From contig CAWCTR010000010.1 of NCBI GenBank assembly GCA_963798485.1, positions 10,061 to 74,060 of the forward strand: a stretch of 64,000 nucleotides of DNA. Reading direction: 5' to 3'. The translations under genes were made by a program, and so were the position numbers. The notes beneath the pieces are model-generated. The model was not told the origin of the DNA and did no database searches. It worked only from the letters and a program-made list of their open reading frames with translations. The stretch comes from an uncultured delta proteobacterium. GTDB lineage: Bacteria; Desulfobacterota; Desulfomonilia; UBA1062. Positions 7,668-15,221 of the stretch are shown piece by piece. Position 1 is the first letter of the stretch, and every line of letters starts with the position of its first letter.

Positions 7668-8717
7668 TCATGCTTTCAGGCTGTTCAGCTTTGACAATAC
7701 TGCCTCCGCCTCGACGACAATGCGGTTGATCAGTTCCTCGGTTGTGGGATTGTCCATAATGCCGCCGCAGCACTGGCCGGCAAAGAGGATGCCTCCCTCC
7801 ACATCGCCTTCGTTGATGGCCTTGAGGTGCTTCATGTTCGCCACGGCCTGGCGGGCCAGCACCCAGAAGGGGTGTCCCTCTTCCGCCCTGAGCATTTCCA
7901 GGGTGATGGCAGCGAACCTCGGCCATGACAGGTTCATAAGCTTCTTCAGCAGGAGCGCTCCCTTGAAGGCCTCCACCACAGGGAAACCTTGTTTGGTCAT
8001 GGCCAGGGCCTCCTCAGTCTTCAGCACGCGTCCTTCAAGCCCGTCGAAAACCGTGTCATAGAGGGTATCCTGCTCGGTCGCCTCGATGCACAGGCGCTTG
8101 AAGTTGTCATGAACCATGCTTTCCCTGACCACCATGAAACGGCTTCCCATGGAGATGCCGTCCGCGCCCAGGGACAGAGCCGCAGCAAGGCCCCGGCCGT
8201 CGTAAAATCCTCCGGCTGCGATCAGCGGTACCTTGACCATGCTCGCCACTATGGGGATGAGGACCATTGATGTGGCTGCAGCGCCATGGCCCGCTGCCTC
8301 GTGCCCGGTGACGACCAGGGCGTCGCACCCGGCCTGCACGGCCTTTGCAGCGTGCTTTGCGATGGCGATGGTGCCGATGACCTTGCCTCCGTAGGCGTGA
8401 ACCGCATCGACAAACCATGGCTTGCCCAGGGAGTAGTTGATAATGGGGACTTTCTCGTCGATGGCCGCCTCGAGATTCTCCCTGGCCCCCGGCCCGATGA
8501 GGATCTGGTTTATCCCGAAGGGTTTGTCCGTCATGTCCCTGATCTGGCGGATCAGTTCCCGCGCCTCTTTCGGGGTGCAGCGCGCAATGGCCAGAATGCC
8601 CAGACCGCCGGCATTGCATACCGCCGACACCAGTTTCGGTTCCGTTATCCAATTCATCCCGGCGAGCATAATCGGATGCTTAATCCCAAACATCTCTGTC
8701 ATTCTTGTCTTAAACAT
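7668..8717 (-). CDS. Nitronate monooxygenase / FabK-like FMN-dependent enoyl reductase family protein
   Basis: MFGIKHPIMLAGMNWITEPKLVSAVCNAGGLGILA, ...IAAGGFYDGRGLAAALSLGADGISMGSRF. Confidence 0.9.
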   Translation of the reverse strand: MFKTRMTEMFGIKHPIMLAGMNWITEPKLVSAVCNAGGLGILAIARCTPKEARELIRQIRDMTDKPFGINQILIGPGARENLEAAIDEKVPIINYSLGKPWFVDAVHAYGGKVIGTIAIAKHAAKAVQAGCDALVVTGHEAAGHGAAATSMVLIPIVASMVKVPLIAAGGFYDGRGLAAALSLGADGISMGSRFMVVRESMVHDNFKRLCIEATEQDTLYDTVFDGLEGRVLKTEEALAMTKQGFPVVEAFKGALLLKKLMNLSWPRFAAITLEMLRAEEGHPFWVLARQAVANMKHLKAINEGDVEGGILFAGQCCGGIMDNPTTEELINRIVVEAEAVLSKLNSLKA

Positions 8718-8827
8718 GATCTCGTCCTTTTAAATGCAGTGCGGCGAGCAGGCTTGGTAAGGTGAAGCCCCAGCCGTTTCAACCAGTTCATACGGTGAAA
8801 TAGTACCTCTCCTTGTCTTTGGAGTCA

Positions 8828-8870
8828 GGGTCAGCGGCCATTTTATTACAAATAGAACCGTCCCCTTTTT
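8828..8870. repeat. D-module variant followed by C-module (reverse)
   Basis: GGGTCAGCGGCCATTTTAT at 8828-8846 and AAATAGAACCGTCCCCTTTTT at 8850-8870. Confidence 0.75.
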
Positions 8871-8906
8871 GTGTTATAAGCCGAAAAGCTGAAGCTTTAT
8901 TGTTCG

Positions 8907-10109
8907 TTATTTAAGGAGCATCTTCCACAGATAAGGTGTCAGTTTGTGAACGACCTTCTGTTGCATCCTGTTCTGTTTGAACATGCAATGCAATGAACCG
9001 AACTTTATTGTCATAAGACAGGCATTGCATGAAACACAATCAGCCTTTGAGCTTCCTCTGCCTTCGAGCCAGCGGTTCGGCAGGTCCGGCTCACTGATGA
9101 GAGGCCGGCTGAAGGAGAAGAAACTGACTGGTCCCTTAGCCATCATACCCTCGAGTTCCTCCACATCACGGTTGCCTCCGACGAGGATGACAGGAATAGG
9201 AAGATCGAGCTTCTCTGCATATTTCATAAAGTAGGTTTGTTTATCCTTGCTGCCTATGCGCGTCCGTGCCTCTGGGATCGGCAAGGGGAAAAATCCGAGC
9301 TCTTCTTCTGTTCGTGCAAGACAGTCCCACATGCCACCACTGATCTCTATGGCATCAAACCCCAGGTTGGCAATTTCACCCGCCAGTTCAGGAAAATCAT
9401 GGTTGGTGATGCCTCCTGGTACAAAATCATCGCAGTTCACCTTGATCAGGATGGGATAGTCCCCTACGTGCTCCCTGGCGCCTGAAATGATCTCCCGCAG
9501 AATATTCAGCCGGTTCTGGAGGGTTCCTCCGTATCGGTCTTGACGTTTGTTCGTGTATGGAGAGAGAAATGAGCTCAGAAGCCATCCATGGGCAGCATGG
9601 AGCTGAACGCCGTCAAATCCCGCTTTCTTGACTCGCACAACTCCATCTATGAAACGTTTGACGATGTGTTCAATTTCATCTGTCGAGAGTACCCTGGGGG
9701 TTTTCTTCAATATTGGACACTGCACATCAGAAGGGCCTACACACTCAGCTTCCCTGTTCTCATGGAGGACCTGTCTCCCTGTGTGACTGAGCTGTCCGAT
9801 CACCTTGCATTCGTTTCCGGTATTATGGACAGTTTCCGCAACCTTGGCAATCTCCCCGATGAAGCTGTCATCATGGATGCACATCTGTGTCGGCATTGCC
9901 TTTCCCTGCTGCATTACTGCCATATGCCCGGTAATGATCATGCCGACTCCGCCAAGTGAGAGGTTCTGGTAGAGGTCCTTCATCTTCTGGGTAAACCTGC
10001 CGTTTTTGGTCATGCATGATTCGAATGTGGCAGAGCGTACCAGGCGATTCTTAAGCGTCAATCCGGCAATGCTGCCCTTGGAAAACAGCTGGTAATTTTC
10101 ACGTCCCAT
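8907..10109 (-). CDS. Old Yellow Enzyme family NADH:flavin oxidoreductase with C-terminal Cys cluster
   Basis: LKNRLVRSATFE, GVGMIITGHM, FDGVQLHAAHGWLLSSFLSPYTNKRQDRYGG, and C-terminal CVSCNACL...LHC, as in the enoate/2,4-dienoyl-CoA reductase N-terminal module. Confidence 0.9.
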   Translation of the reverse strand: MGRENYQLFSKGSIAGLTLKNRLVRSATFESCMTKNGRFTQKMKDLYQNLSLGGVGMIITGHMAVMQQGKAMPTQMCIHDDSFIGEIAKVAETVHNTGNECKVIGQLSHTGRQVLHENREAECVGPSDVQCPILKKTPRVLSTDEIEHIVKRFIDGVVRVKKAGFDGVQLHAAHGWLLSSFLSPYTNKRQDRYGGTLQNRLNILREIISGAREHVGDYPILIKVNCDDFVPGGITNHDFPELAGEIANLGFDAIEISGGMWDCLARTEEELGFFPLPIPEARTRIGSKDKQTYFMKYAEKLDLPIPVILVGGNRDVEELEGMMAKGPVSFFSFSRPLISEPDLPNRWLEGRGSSKADCVSCNACLMTIKFGSLHCMFKQNRMQQKVVHKLTPYLWKMLLK

Positions 10110-10202
10110 AGAAACCTCCGCAGCAAGAAAATGCTATTCGAACCTTGATGCCTAGGCATTACACCATATTTTTGAGAATTTTTATACCCAAAGATGATCA
10201 TG

Positions 10203-10220
10203 AATCCGGGGACACCATAC
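10203..10220 (+). repeat. A-module solo copy
   Basis: AATCCGGGGACACCATAC. Confidence 0.85.
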
Positions 10221-10646
10221 TAGTTTTTACACAGACCCTGACCTGAGAGAACCTAGTTGAACGTAGAAGCAAGGCAGCAGGCATCGATTGATATGAAGTC
10301 GCAAAAAAGACAATACTTCCGTATCTGAGGAACTATCATATCCCCCGTGTGGTTATCCCCCTTTGCATTCACGACGTAAAATGCTACATTAGTGAGGTGG
10401 TTTTGTGAAAGGGCAAGCCCGACGATTCGGGTTGATTCAATAATGAACTGATAAAGGGCGTCACTGAAAACCGCACAGGTGAAAAAGACTCATATGTGTG
10501 GATTATGGATTTAGTAGGATTTCCCGGGAATTCATGAAAGGTTCTTTGATCCGAAAATGAAGATTCCATACCGCTTTGACCCCGATACCGAAGCAAAATA
10601 CCTGGAAATGAAATTTCAGGAATCCAGAACGTTTGCCATCATGGTT

Positions 10647-10715
10647 GGACAAAAAGGGACAAAAAGGGGACAAAAAGGGGACAGATTTATTTTTTAAGGC
10701 CGCCCCTGGCCTCTG
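10647..10715 (+). repeat. Tandem stutter + B-module + conserved tail
   Basis: GGACAAAAA GGGACAAAAA GGGGACAAAAA, then GGGGACAGATTTATTTTT, then tail aaGGCCGCCCCTGGCCTCTG. Confidence 0.9.
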
Positions 10716-10769
10716 AAATCAATCCTTATTGATTCGCCTTTCGACTTCATCAATGAATATCAATATTTC

Positions 10770-10798
10770 TTGACAAAGGTTCGACGACGAACTATTAA
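10770..10798 (+). promoter_or_regulatory. Candidate sigma70-type promoter overlapping a MarR operator palindrome (site 1)
   Basis: TTGACA (10770-10775), 17-nt spacer, TATTAA (10793-10798). The spacer is AAGGTTCGacgaCGAACTA (10776-10794). The same 8+7 nt half-sites recur at 11253-11271. Confidence 0.6.
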
Positions 10799-10805
10799 TC
10801 GTAGT

Positions 10806-11237
10806 ATGTTGGACAAGAGAAATGCAGTAATAGCCTTGATAGGAAGCCTGCGCGAAGGCTACAACAAATTCCTTGAAAAAGAGCTCAAGGCAAATGGAAT
10901 AGAAGGCATTGTGGGGTCGCACGGGTCCATTCTGGGTTGCCTGTTCCAGAACGAAGGCCGCATGAAGGTTCTCGATCTGGCAAAGAACATCGGACGGTCC
11001 AAATCCACGGTAACAGAGCTGGTGAACAAGTTGGAAAACTTGGGTTATGTGGAAAAGGCCACCTGCTGTATGGATGGACGCTGCACCTATGTCATGCTGA
11101 CCAAAAAGGGCCTGGCTGTCCAGAAGGATTTCGATAAGATATCAAAAAAGCTCATTACGACTGCATATAAAGGATTTTCCGATGATGAAAAAGAGGCATT
11201 GATCAGCAGTCTGGAAAAGATGCGGAAGAACTTCTGA
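10806..11237 (+). CDS. MarR family transcriptional regulator
   Basis: Winged-helix block MKVLDLAKNIGRSKSTVTELVNKLENLGYVEKATCCMDGRCTYVMLTKKG. The first ATG is at 10806. The track start at 10770 is a TTG inside the putative promoter. Confidence 0.85.
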   Translation: MLDKRNAVIALIGSLREGYNKFLEKELKANGIEGIVGSHGSILGCLFQNEGRMKVLDLAKNIGRSKSTVTELVNKLENLGYVEKATCCMDGRCTYVMLTKKGLAVQKDFDKISKKLITTAYKGFSDDEKEALISSLEKMRKNF

Positions 11238-11252
11238 AAAAATTTTGCAGAT

Positions 11253-11271
11253 AAGGTTCGGCTACGAACTA
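11253..11271 (+). promoter_or_regulatory. MarR operator palindrome (site 2) upstream of the flavoprotein gene
   Basis: AAGGTTCGgctaCGAACTA lies between TTGCAG (11245) and TAATAA (11270), 25 nt upstream of ATG 11296. Confidence 0.55.
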
Positions 11272-11295
11272 ATAAAACCATATAGGAGGCGGAAC

Positions 11296-11868
11296 ATGAA
11301 AGTGGTGGGATTTGTGGGAAGTCCGAGGAAATCGGGGAATACTGCTGCAGTGGTGGAGGAGGTCCTTCGGGGCGCACAGGAAGCGGGTGCAGAAACGAGC
11401 GTATATAATCTTAACCAGCTCAATATAAGGGGATGCCAGTCATGCTACAAATGCCAGACACCGGATGGAAAATGCATACAGAAAGACGACATGGGAAAGC
11501 TGCTTGACGAGATCTACAGCGCCGATGCCATTGTGATCGGCACGCCTCTCTACATGATGCAGGTGACCGGCCAAACCAAGGTATTCCTGGACAGGTTCTT
11601 TTCCTTCCTCTATCCGGTGGATGCCACTTCGGGCAATTTCAGGAACAAGTTGGGCGGAAAAAAGGCAGTGACGGTGTACACGCAGGGCCAGCCTGATACC
11701 AATCTATTCTCGTCTTATCTCAACCAGATGGACGGCACCCTGAGCTTCATCGGCTTCAATGTACAGGGCCGGGTCGTGGCAGGCGGCAACAGAAACATGG
11801 ATGATGCAAAAAAGGACAGTGCAGTTATGGAAAAGGCATACGCCGCGGGGACAGCCCTTGTTTGTTAA
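11296..11868 (+). CDS. Iron-sulfur flavoprotein / flavodoxin-like NAD(P)H-dependent FMN reductase
   Basis: MKVVGFVGSPRKSGNT. Compact Cys motif CQSCYKCQTPDGKC (Cx2Cx2Cx6C) as in the Isf family. AGGAGG RBS at 11284-11289. Confidence 0.85.
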   Translation: MKVVGFVGSPRKSGNTAAVVEEVLRGAQEAGAETSVYNLNQLNIRGCQSCYKCQTPDGKCIQKDDMGKLLDEIYSADAIVIGTPLYMMQVTGQTKVFLDRFFSFLYPVDATSGNFRNKLGGKKAVTVYTQGQPDTNLFSSYLNQMDGTLSFIGFNVQGRVVAGGNRNMDDAKKDSAVMEKAYAAGTALVC

Positions 11869-11902
11869 ATAGGGTCTGTTAAATAGGGTCAGAGACCATT
11901 TT
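11864..11902 (+). repeat. D-module with a local 13-14 nt tandem duplication, overlapping the stop codon
   Basis: GTTAAATAGGGTC TGTTAAATAGGGTC AGAGACCATTTT. TAA stop at 11866-11868. Confidence 0.8.
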
Positions 11903-11986
11903 CTATTAAATTAATTTCATAAGAAGCACCAGGTATTACTGGAGTGCCGGGGCTTCTATTGACTCATCTGAAAATTATATGTGTGC

Positions 11987-12715
11987 TTAAAAATATCGTC
12001 CCTTTACCAAAGCTTGTCCCATGAGAAAATAGCACATCGCATCGATCATTGAAAAGATGCCCACACCGGCCCAGGCCCAGGTGGTGAGGTGAACGTTCAG
12101 CACACGAGTCTTTTCGTGGAGGGTATCGGAAAGGTCATCGGTCCGTTCGCGGGTATACAGGTAGAGAATAAGGACAACAATCATGGGCAGGGCATACCCG
12201 ATGTTGTAGAGCAGGATATTCCCCAGTGCTGAATGCATGCCCAGATGAAGCGACGCATACTTTCCCAGTGCGATGATGTACGGGATGGACAAAGGAAAAG
12301 ACGACACAGAAATAAATGTTCCGAGGGAAAAGGCGAAAATACCTTTCATGGACTTGAATCTCACAACCATAATATTCTGAGCACGGTCGACAGGGGCATG
12401 TCTTTTCCGGTAAAAATACCAGGCCCCGATGAGGGACATAACGATCCCCGACACCAGTTCGATCTGATAGTATTGGGCATTGGGTATGCTCTCGGTGGAA
12501 GGAACATACCTGGCAAGAAAAACACGCAACTGGTCAATCGCCAAATACCCGCCCACACCGCACAAAAAATAAGCCCCGCTCAACCCGGCAAGATAGGCAA
12601 TGCTGTTGCGTAACGGGTTGATGGTAGTCAGCAGCAGGACAAAGATAATGATCTGCTGAGTTGTGGATAGACTGTCGAATAAGGATAATGTCAGGGTAAA
12701 AGGGATTGTACTCAT
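11987..12715 (-). CDS. Polytopic inner-membrane protein, family uncertain (GAP/LysE-like topology)
   Basis: About 6 hydrophobic helices. It starts right after the PIN gene stop (ATG 12715, or TTG 12730). Confidence 0.6.
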   Translation of the reverse strand: MSTIPFTLTLSLFDSLSTTQQIIIFVLLLTTINPLRNSIAYLAGLSGAYFLCGVGGYLAIDQLRVFLARYVPSTESIPNAQYYQIELVSGIVMSLIGAWYFYRKRHAPVDRAQNIMVVRFKSMKGIFAFSLGTFISVSSFPLSIPYIIALGKYASLHLGMHSALGNILLYNIGYALPMIVVLILYLYTRERTDDLSDTLHEKTRVLNVHLTTWAWAGVGIFSMIDAMCYFLMGQALVKGRYF

Positions 12716-12731
12716 CAATTCACAGGTCAAT

Positions 12732-13142
12732 CTACTTCCTAAGAATCATCAGGAATTCCTGCGGAGATATGATTCTTACCGATTTATATTTCTTCAGATC
12801 AAGCAAGTCCTTGTCGCCGGTGACAATGTGGGATGCCTTTGCATTAAACGCAACTGAGATGAACATTTCATCGTCGGGATCACGGCAGACGCCATGTATC
12901 TCTTCCTCGATATCGACCACTTCAAAGAATGGAAGTATTTCCTTTTCAATGATGCTTTTCATCTCCTCATCTTTCAGGCCGAATTTCGGGTAGCTGAGCA
13001 CTTTTCTGAACTCGGAAAAGGTTTCCTTCGAGATGGCAGGTGAAATGGCGCCTTTCTTCCAGAGATCAACGAACTCTGCAAGGTACCCCTTGAGAAGGAT
13101 TGCAGAAACCAGGACGTTGGTGTCCAGGACGACCCGTTTCAT
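12732..13142 (-). CDS. PIN-domain toxin (TIGR00305/PIN_3-like)
   Basis: MKRVVLDTNVLVSAIL ... DPDDEMFISVAFNAKASHIVTGDKDLL. The start overlaps the antitoxin stop (TGATG). Confidence 0.85.
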   Translation of the reverse strand: MKRVVLDTNVLVSAILLKGYLAEFVDLWKKGAISPAISKETFSEFRKVLSYPKFGLKDEEMKSIIEKEILPFFEVVDIEEEIHGVCRDPDDEMFISVAFNAKASHIVTGDKDLLDLKKYKSVRIISPQEFLMILRK

Positions 13143-13381
13143 CACTTCTTCTTTTTCCTTACCCAACTGACTGCATCGCTTACGTCTTCCCCTGTAATAC
13201 CAAGTTTCTCCATCTTGTCCCGGATGCTTTCCAGGGAAGAGGTGATGGGGGTTATCCTGACAGGCATCAGTACAATCTGATTATCCTTCACCTTGGCGTC
13301 GAACAAGTCAACACCCGGGAACTTATCGGCAATTTCTTTGGGGAGAGTCAGCTGGTTTTTTGAGGTTTTCTTGGCAAGCAT
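13142..13381 (-). CDS. AbrB/MazE/SpoVT-type antitoxin
   Basis: KNQLTLPKEIADKFPGVDLFDAKVKDNQIVLMPV swapped-hairpin motif. 79 aa, directly upstream of the PIN gene. Confidence 0.8.
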   Translation of the reverse strand: MLAKKTSKNQLTLPKEIADKFPGVDLFDAKVKDNQIVLMPVRITPITSSLESIRDKMEKLGITGEDVSDAVSWVRKKKK

Positions 13382-13493
13382 ACTATCTTACCTCCTTACA
13401 GTAAGGATACCTTAATTTCCATTTGGCTGCAAGTCGAATATCGCCGGAACTTATCGGGGCGGATTTCTTCATGACGCCCCTTCTCAGATGCTA

Positions 13494-13829
13494 TCAGGTG
13501 AAGATCTGGTGTAACACGAAGCTTACTACTGAAAAGACAATACTGAAAAGGATCGCCCACCAGATATTCATGACGGAAAACCCGGTCACGATGGCGCTTG
13601 TCAGGAGCACGAGTAGTCCGTTCAGGACAAGGATGAAGAGCCCCAGGGTGAGGATGGTGAAAGGAAAGGTCAGTACAATCAATATGGGCCGCAGCACGGC
13701 ATTGATGAGCCCGAGCACCAGGGCCGTCATCAGTGCTGTCCCAAAGCTCTGGACCGAAACCCCGGGCAGCAGATAGGCAGTGATCATGATCGACACCGTC
13801 ATCAGAAGCCACTTGATAAATATTTTCAT
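13494..13829 (-). CDS. DUF360 / phage holin family IV-like membrane protein
   Basis: MKIFIKWLLMTVSIMITAYLLPGVSVQSFGTALMTALVLGLINAVLRPILIVLTFPFTILTLGLF. Confidence 0.8.
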   Translation of the reverse strand: MKIFIKWLLMTVSIMITAYLLPGVSVQSFGTALMTALVLGLINAVLRPILIVLTFPFTILTLGLFILVLNGLLVLLTSAIVTGFSVMNIWWAILFSIVFSVVSFVLHQIFT

Positions 13830-13942
13830 GGAAACCTCCATACCCATGCTAACCTATTACCCACCACGGCAGCATTATTCTCACTCTGCCGATCACTGTA
13901 CCGGCAGTCTGAACGAATGCCGCAAACGATCCCAAACAGGCG

Positions 13943-14230
13943 TTACGGCTTCAGGTTGTGGACCTCAAAGGGCGTTTCCTGGGGTGGCGTGGTGAAGCCT
14001 CCTTTGATGCCCTGTTTCATCCGGGGCATCAGGATGCCGTCGCGGAACTCCTCCCAACTCGCCCTGGATTCATGGACCGCCACGATCGTCCAGCCGCCGG
14101 CCGATGGGCCGGCCGCGTGGAAGATCTGGCCTTTCGGCAGTTTGTCTCTGCCGGGATGCACTGCTGCAATTGACGCCTCATACTGCTCCTTCGTGCCGCC
14201 CGGAAAGTAATGTACGATCCCGTATGCCAT
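13943..14230 (-). CDS. Small conserved hypothetical protein (95 aa)
   Basis: AAGGAG RBS before ATG 14230. MAYGIVHYFPGGTKEQYEASIAAVHP...FHAAGPSAGGWTIVAVHESRASWEEFRD has a soluble alpha/beta-like composition. Confidence 0.6.
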   Translation of the reverse strand: MAYGIVHYFPGGTKEQYEASIAAVHPGRDKLPKGQIFHAAGPSAGGWTIVAVHESRASWEEFRDGILMPRMKQGIKGGFTTPPQETPFEVHNLKP

Positions 14231-14443
14231 TTTCGTTCTCCTTTCAGGCTGATGGGGCCGCCTCCTATGACCCAACAGAAAGCATGGGGACATGCTTGTG
14301 AAATATGATGGCTCCAAGAATGCCCGCTACCCCATTCATCCCGGCGTCTGATGCTTTCCGTTTCATCAATCACTCCTTTGCTTTTGATAACTATATAGGA
14401 ATCCCTTCGGGCGAAGGCAACACCCGGAAGAAATCCATCGGAA

Positions 14444-14524
14444 AAATGGGGTCAGAGACCATTTATCAAAGGAAAAGGGAAGAAAAAGAAGAAAAAGGGG
14501 ACGGTTCTATTTTTCTGCGAGTCC
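14444..14524 (+). repeat. D-module + purine-rich tract + C-module
   Basis: AAATGGGGTCAGAGACCATTTAT (14444-14466), then caaaggaaaagggaagaaaaagaagaaaaa, then GGGGACGGTTCTATTTTT (14507-14524). Confidence 0.9.
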
Positions 14525-14529
14525 CCATT

Positions 14530-15021
14530 TTATTGTTCCTCATCCGTCTTTGAGAGAAACCCTATCTGCCTCTTCTTCTGCGCTGGCGGGGTCATAAGCT
14601 GCCGTATTGCATGGATCAGCATTGAAAGATCCTTGTCGTGAGACATAACCTTGTTCTCAAGTTCGTCAAGCTTGGCTGCAAGCCGTCTATGAGTCGAAAG
14701 AAGTTCCCTCAATTGCACAAACGCACGTACAACAAACACGCTCATCTCTATGGCCCGTGGTGTGTTCAGGATGGTTGCTGCCATGATCGCACCGTGTTCA
14801 GTGAATGCATACGGAAGATAACGGCGGCCTCCACGGCCTGCCTTTGAGGTCGCATTTTGCGACCTCAAAGATTCAAATTCCTCTGATGTGAGCTGGAATA
14901 GAAAGTCTTCAGGGAACCTTGAGATATTCCGTTTGACCTGCTCATTAAAACGTTTGGTTGGCACATCAAAGAGTTCCTCTTTCTTTGTGATAAGCTGGTT
15001 GGGTATGATGGTAGTGGGCAT
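14530..15021 (-). CDS. ORF6N (KilA-N-related) DNA-binding domain protein, N-terminally truncated or diverged
   Basis: VPTKRFNEQVKRNISRFPEDFLFQLTSEEFESLRSQ ... YLPYAFTEHGAIMAATILNTPRAIEMSVFVVRAF. The usual IRGQxVMLDxDLAxLY block before this motif is missing. Confidence 0.7.
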   Translation of the reverse strand: MPTTIIPNQLITKKEELFDVPTKRFNEQVKRNISRFPEDFLFQLTSEEFESLRSQNATSKAGRGGRRYLPYAFTEHGAIMAATILNTPRAIEMSVFVVRAFVQLRELLSTHRRLAAKLDELENKVMSHDKDLSMLIHAIRQLMTPPAQKKRQIGFLSKTDEEQ

Positions 15022-15163
15022 TGATGTCGGCGGGGAACGGAAAGGTTTCCATGCAGTCGCTCTGGGGACGGTCTCTTCATTGCAACGCAGAAGTCAACCG
15101 ATCCATCTACTGTTGTGGACTGGTGTCATCTCCAACCTCTCTTTTCTCATAAATCTTTCGTGA
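15003..15163 (+). pseudogene. Possible gene remnant (53-codon ORF with an RNase-H/ASKHA-like VVGIDVGGE N-terminal strand)
   Basis: MMVVGIDVGGERKGFHAVAL..., then low-complexity sequence and a stop. It overlaps the ORF6N 5' end and contains a C-like core GGGGACGGTCTCTTC at 15064-15078. Confidence 0.25.
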
Positions 15164-15221
15164 GATTTCAGGGAAAATGTGCCATGAAGAGAAAGAGGAT
15201 TAACCACAGGGACAGGTTGCA

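Noticed and set aside
8107-8652. A 181-aa Arg/Gly/His-rich minus-strand ORF. Similar alternative-frame ORFs occur inside other genes (15394-16121, 19215-19874, 21083-21915, 50999-51640, 51927-52457).
   Set aside because: All lie inside genes with strong family motifs in another frame. Their composition is typical of off-frame translation of GC-balanced coding DNA.
10384-10596. A 70-aa minus-strand ORF in the large OYE-marR gap.
   Set aside because: It has no RBS and no recognisable motif, and its composition is atypical. It is retained only as part of the 'unexplained gap' finding.
10647-10715. Possible CRISPR array, suggested by repeated GGGGAC-containing units here and at 3189-3251 and 16725-16783.
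   Set aside because: The units are 9-13 nt tandem stutters with no spacers. The longer modules are scattered singly across different intergenic gaps in both orientations. No cas genes are present.
13494-15021. Possible prophage fragment (holin-family IV protein plus ORF6N/KilA-N-like protein).
   Set aside because: DUF360 'holin' proteins are common chromosomal membrane proteins. No integrase, capsid, tail, terminase or lysin genes are nearby, and the ORF6N gene looks truncated.
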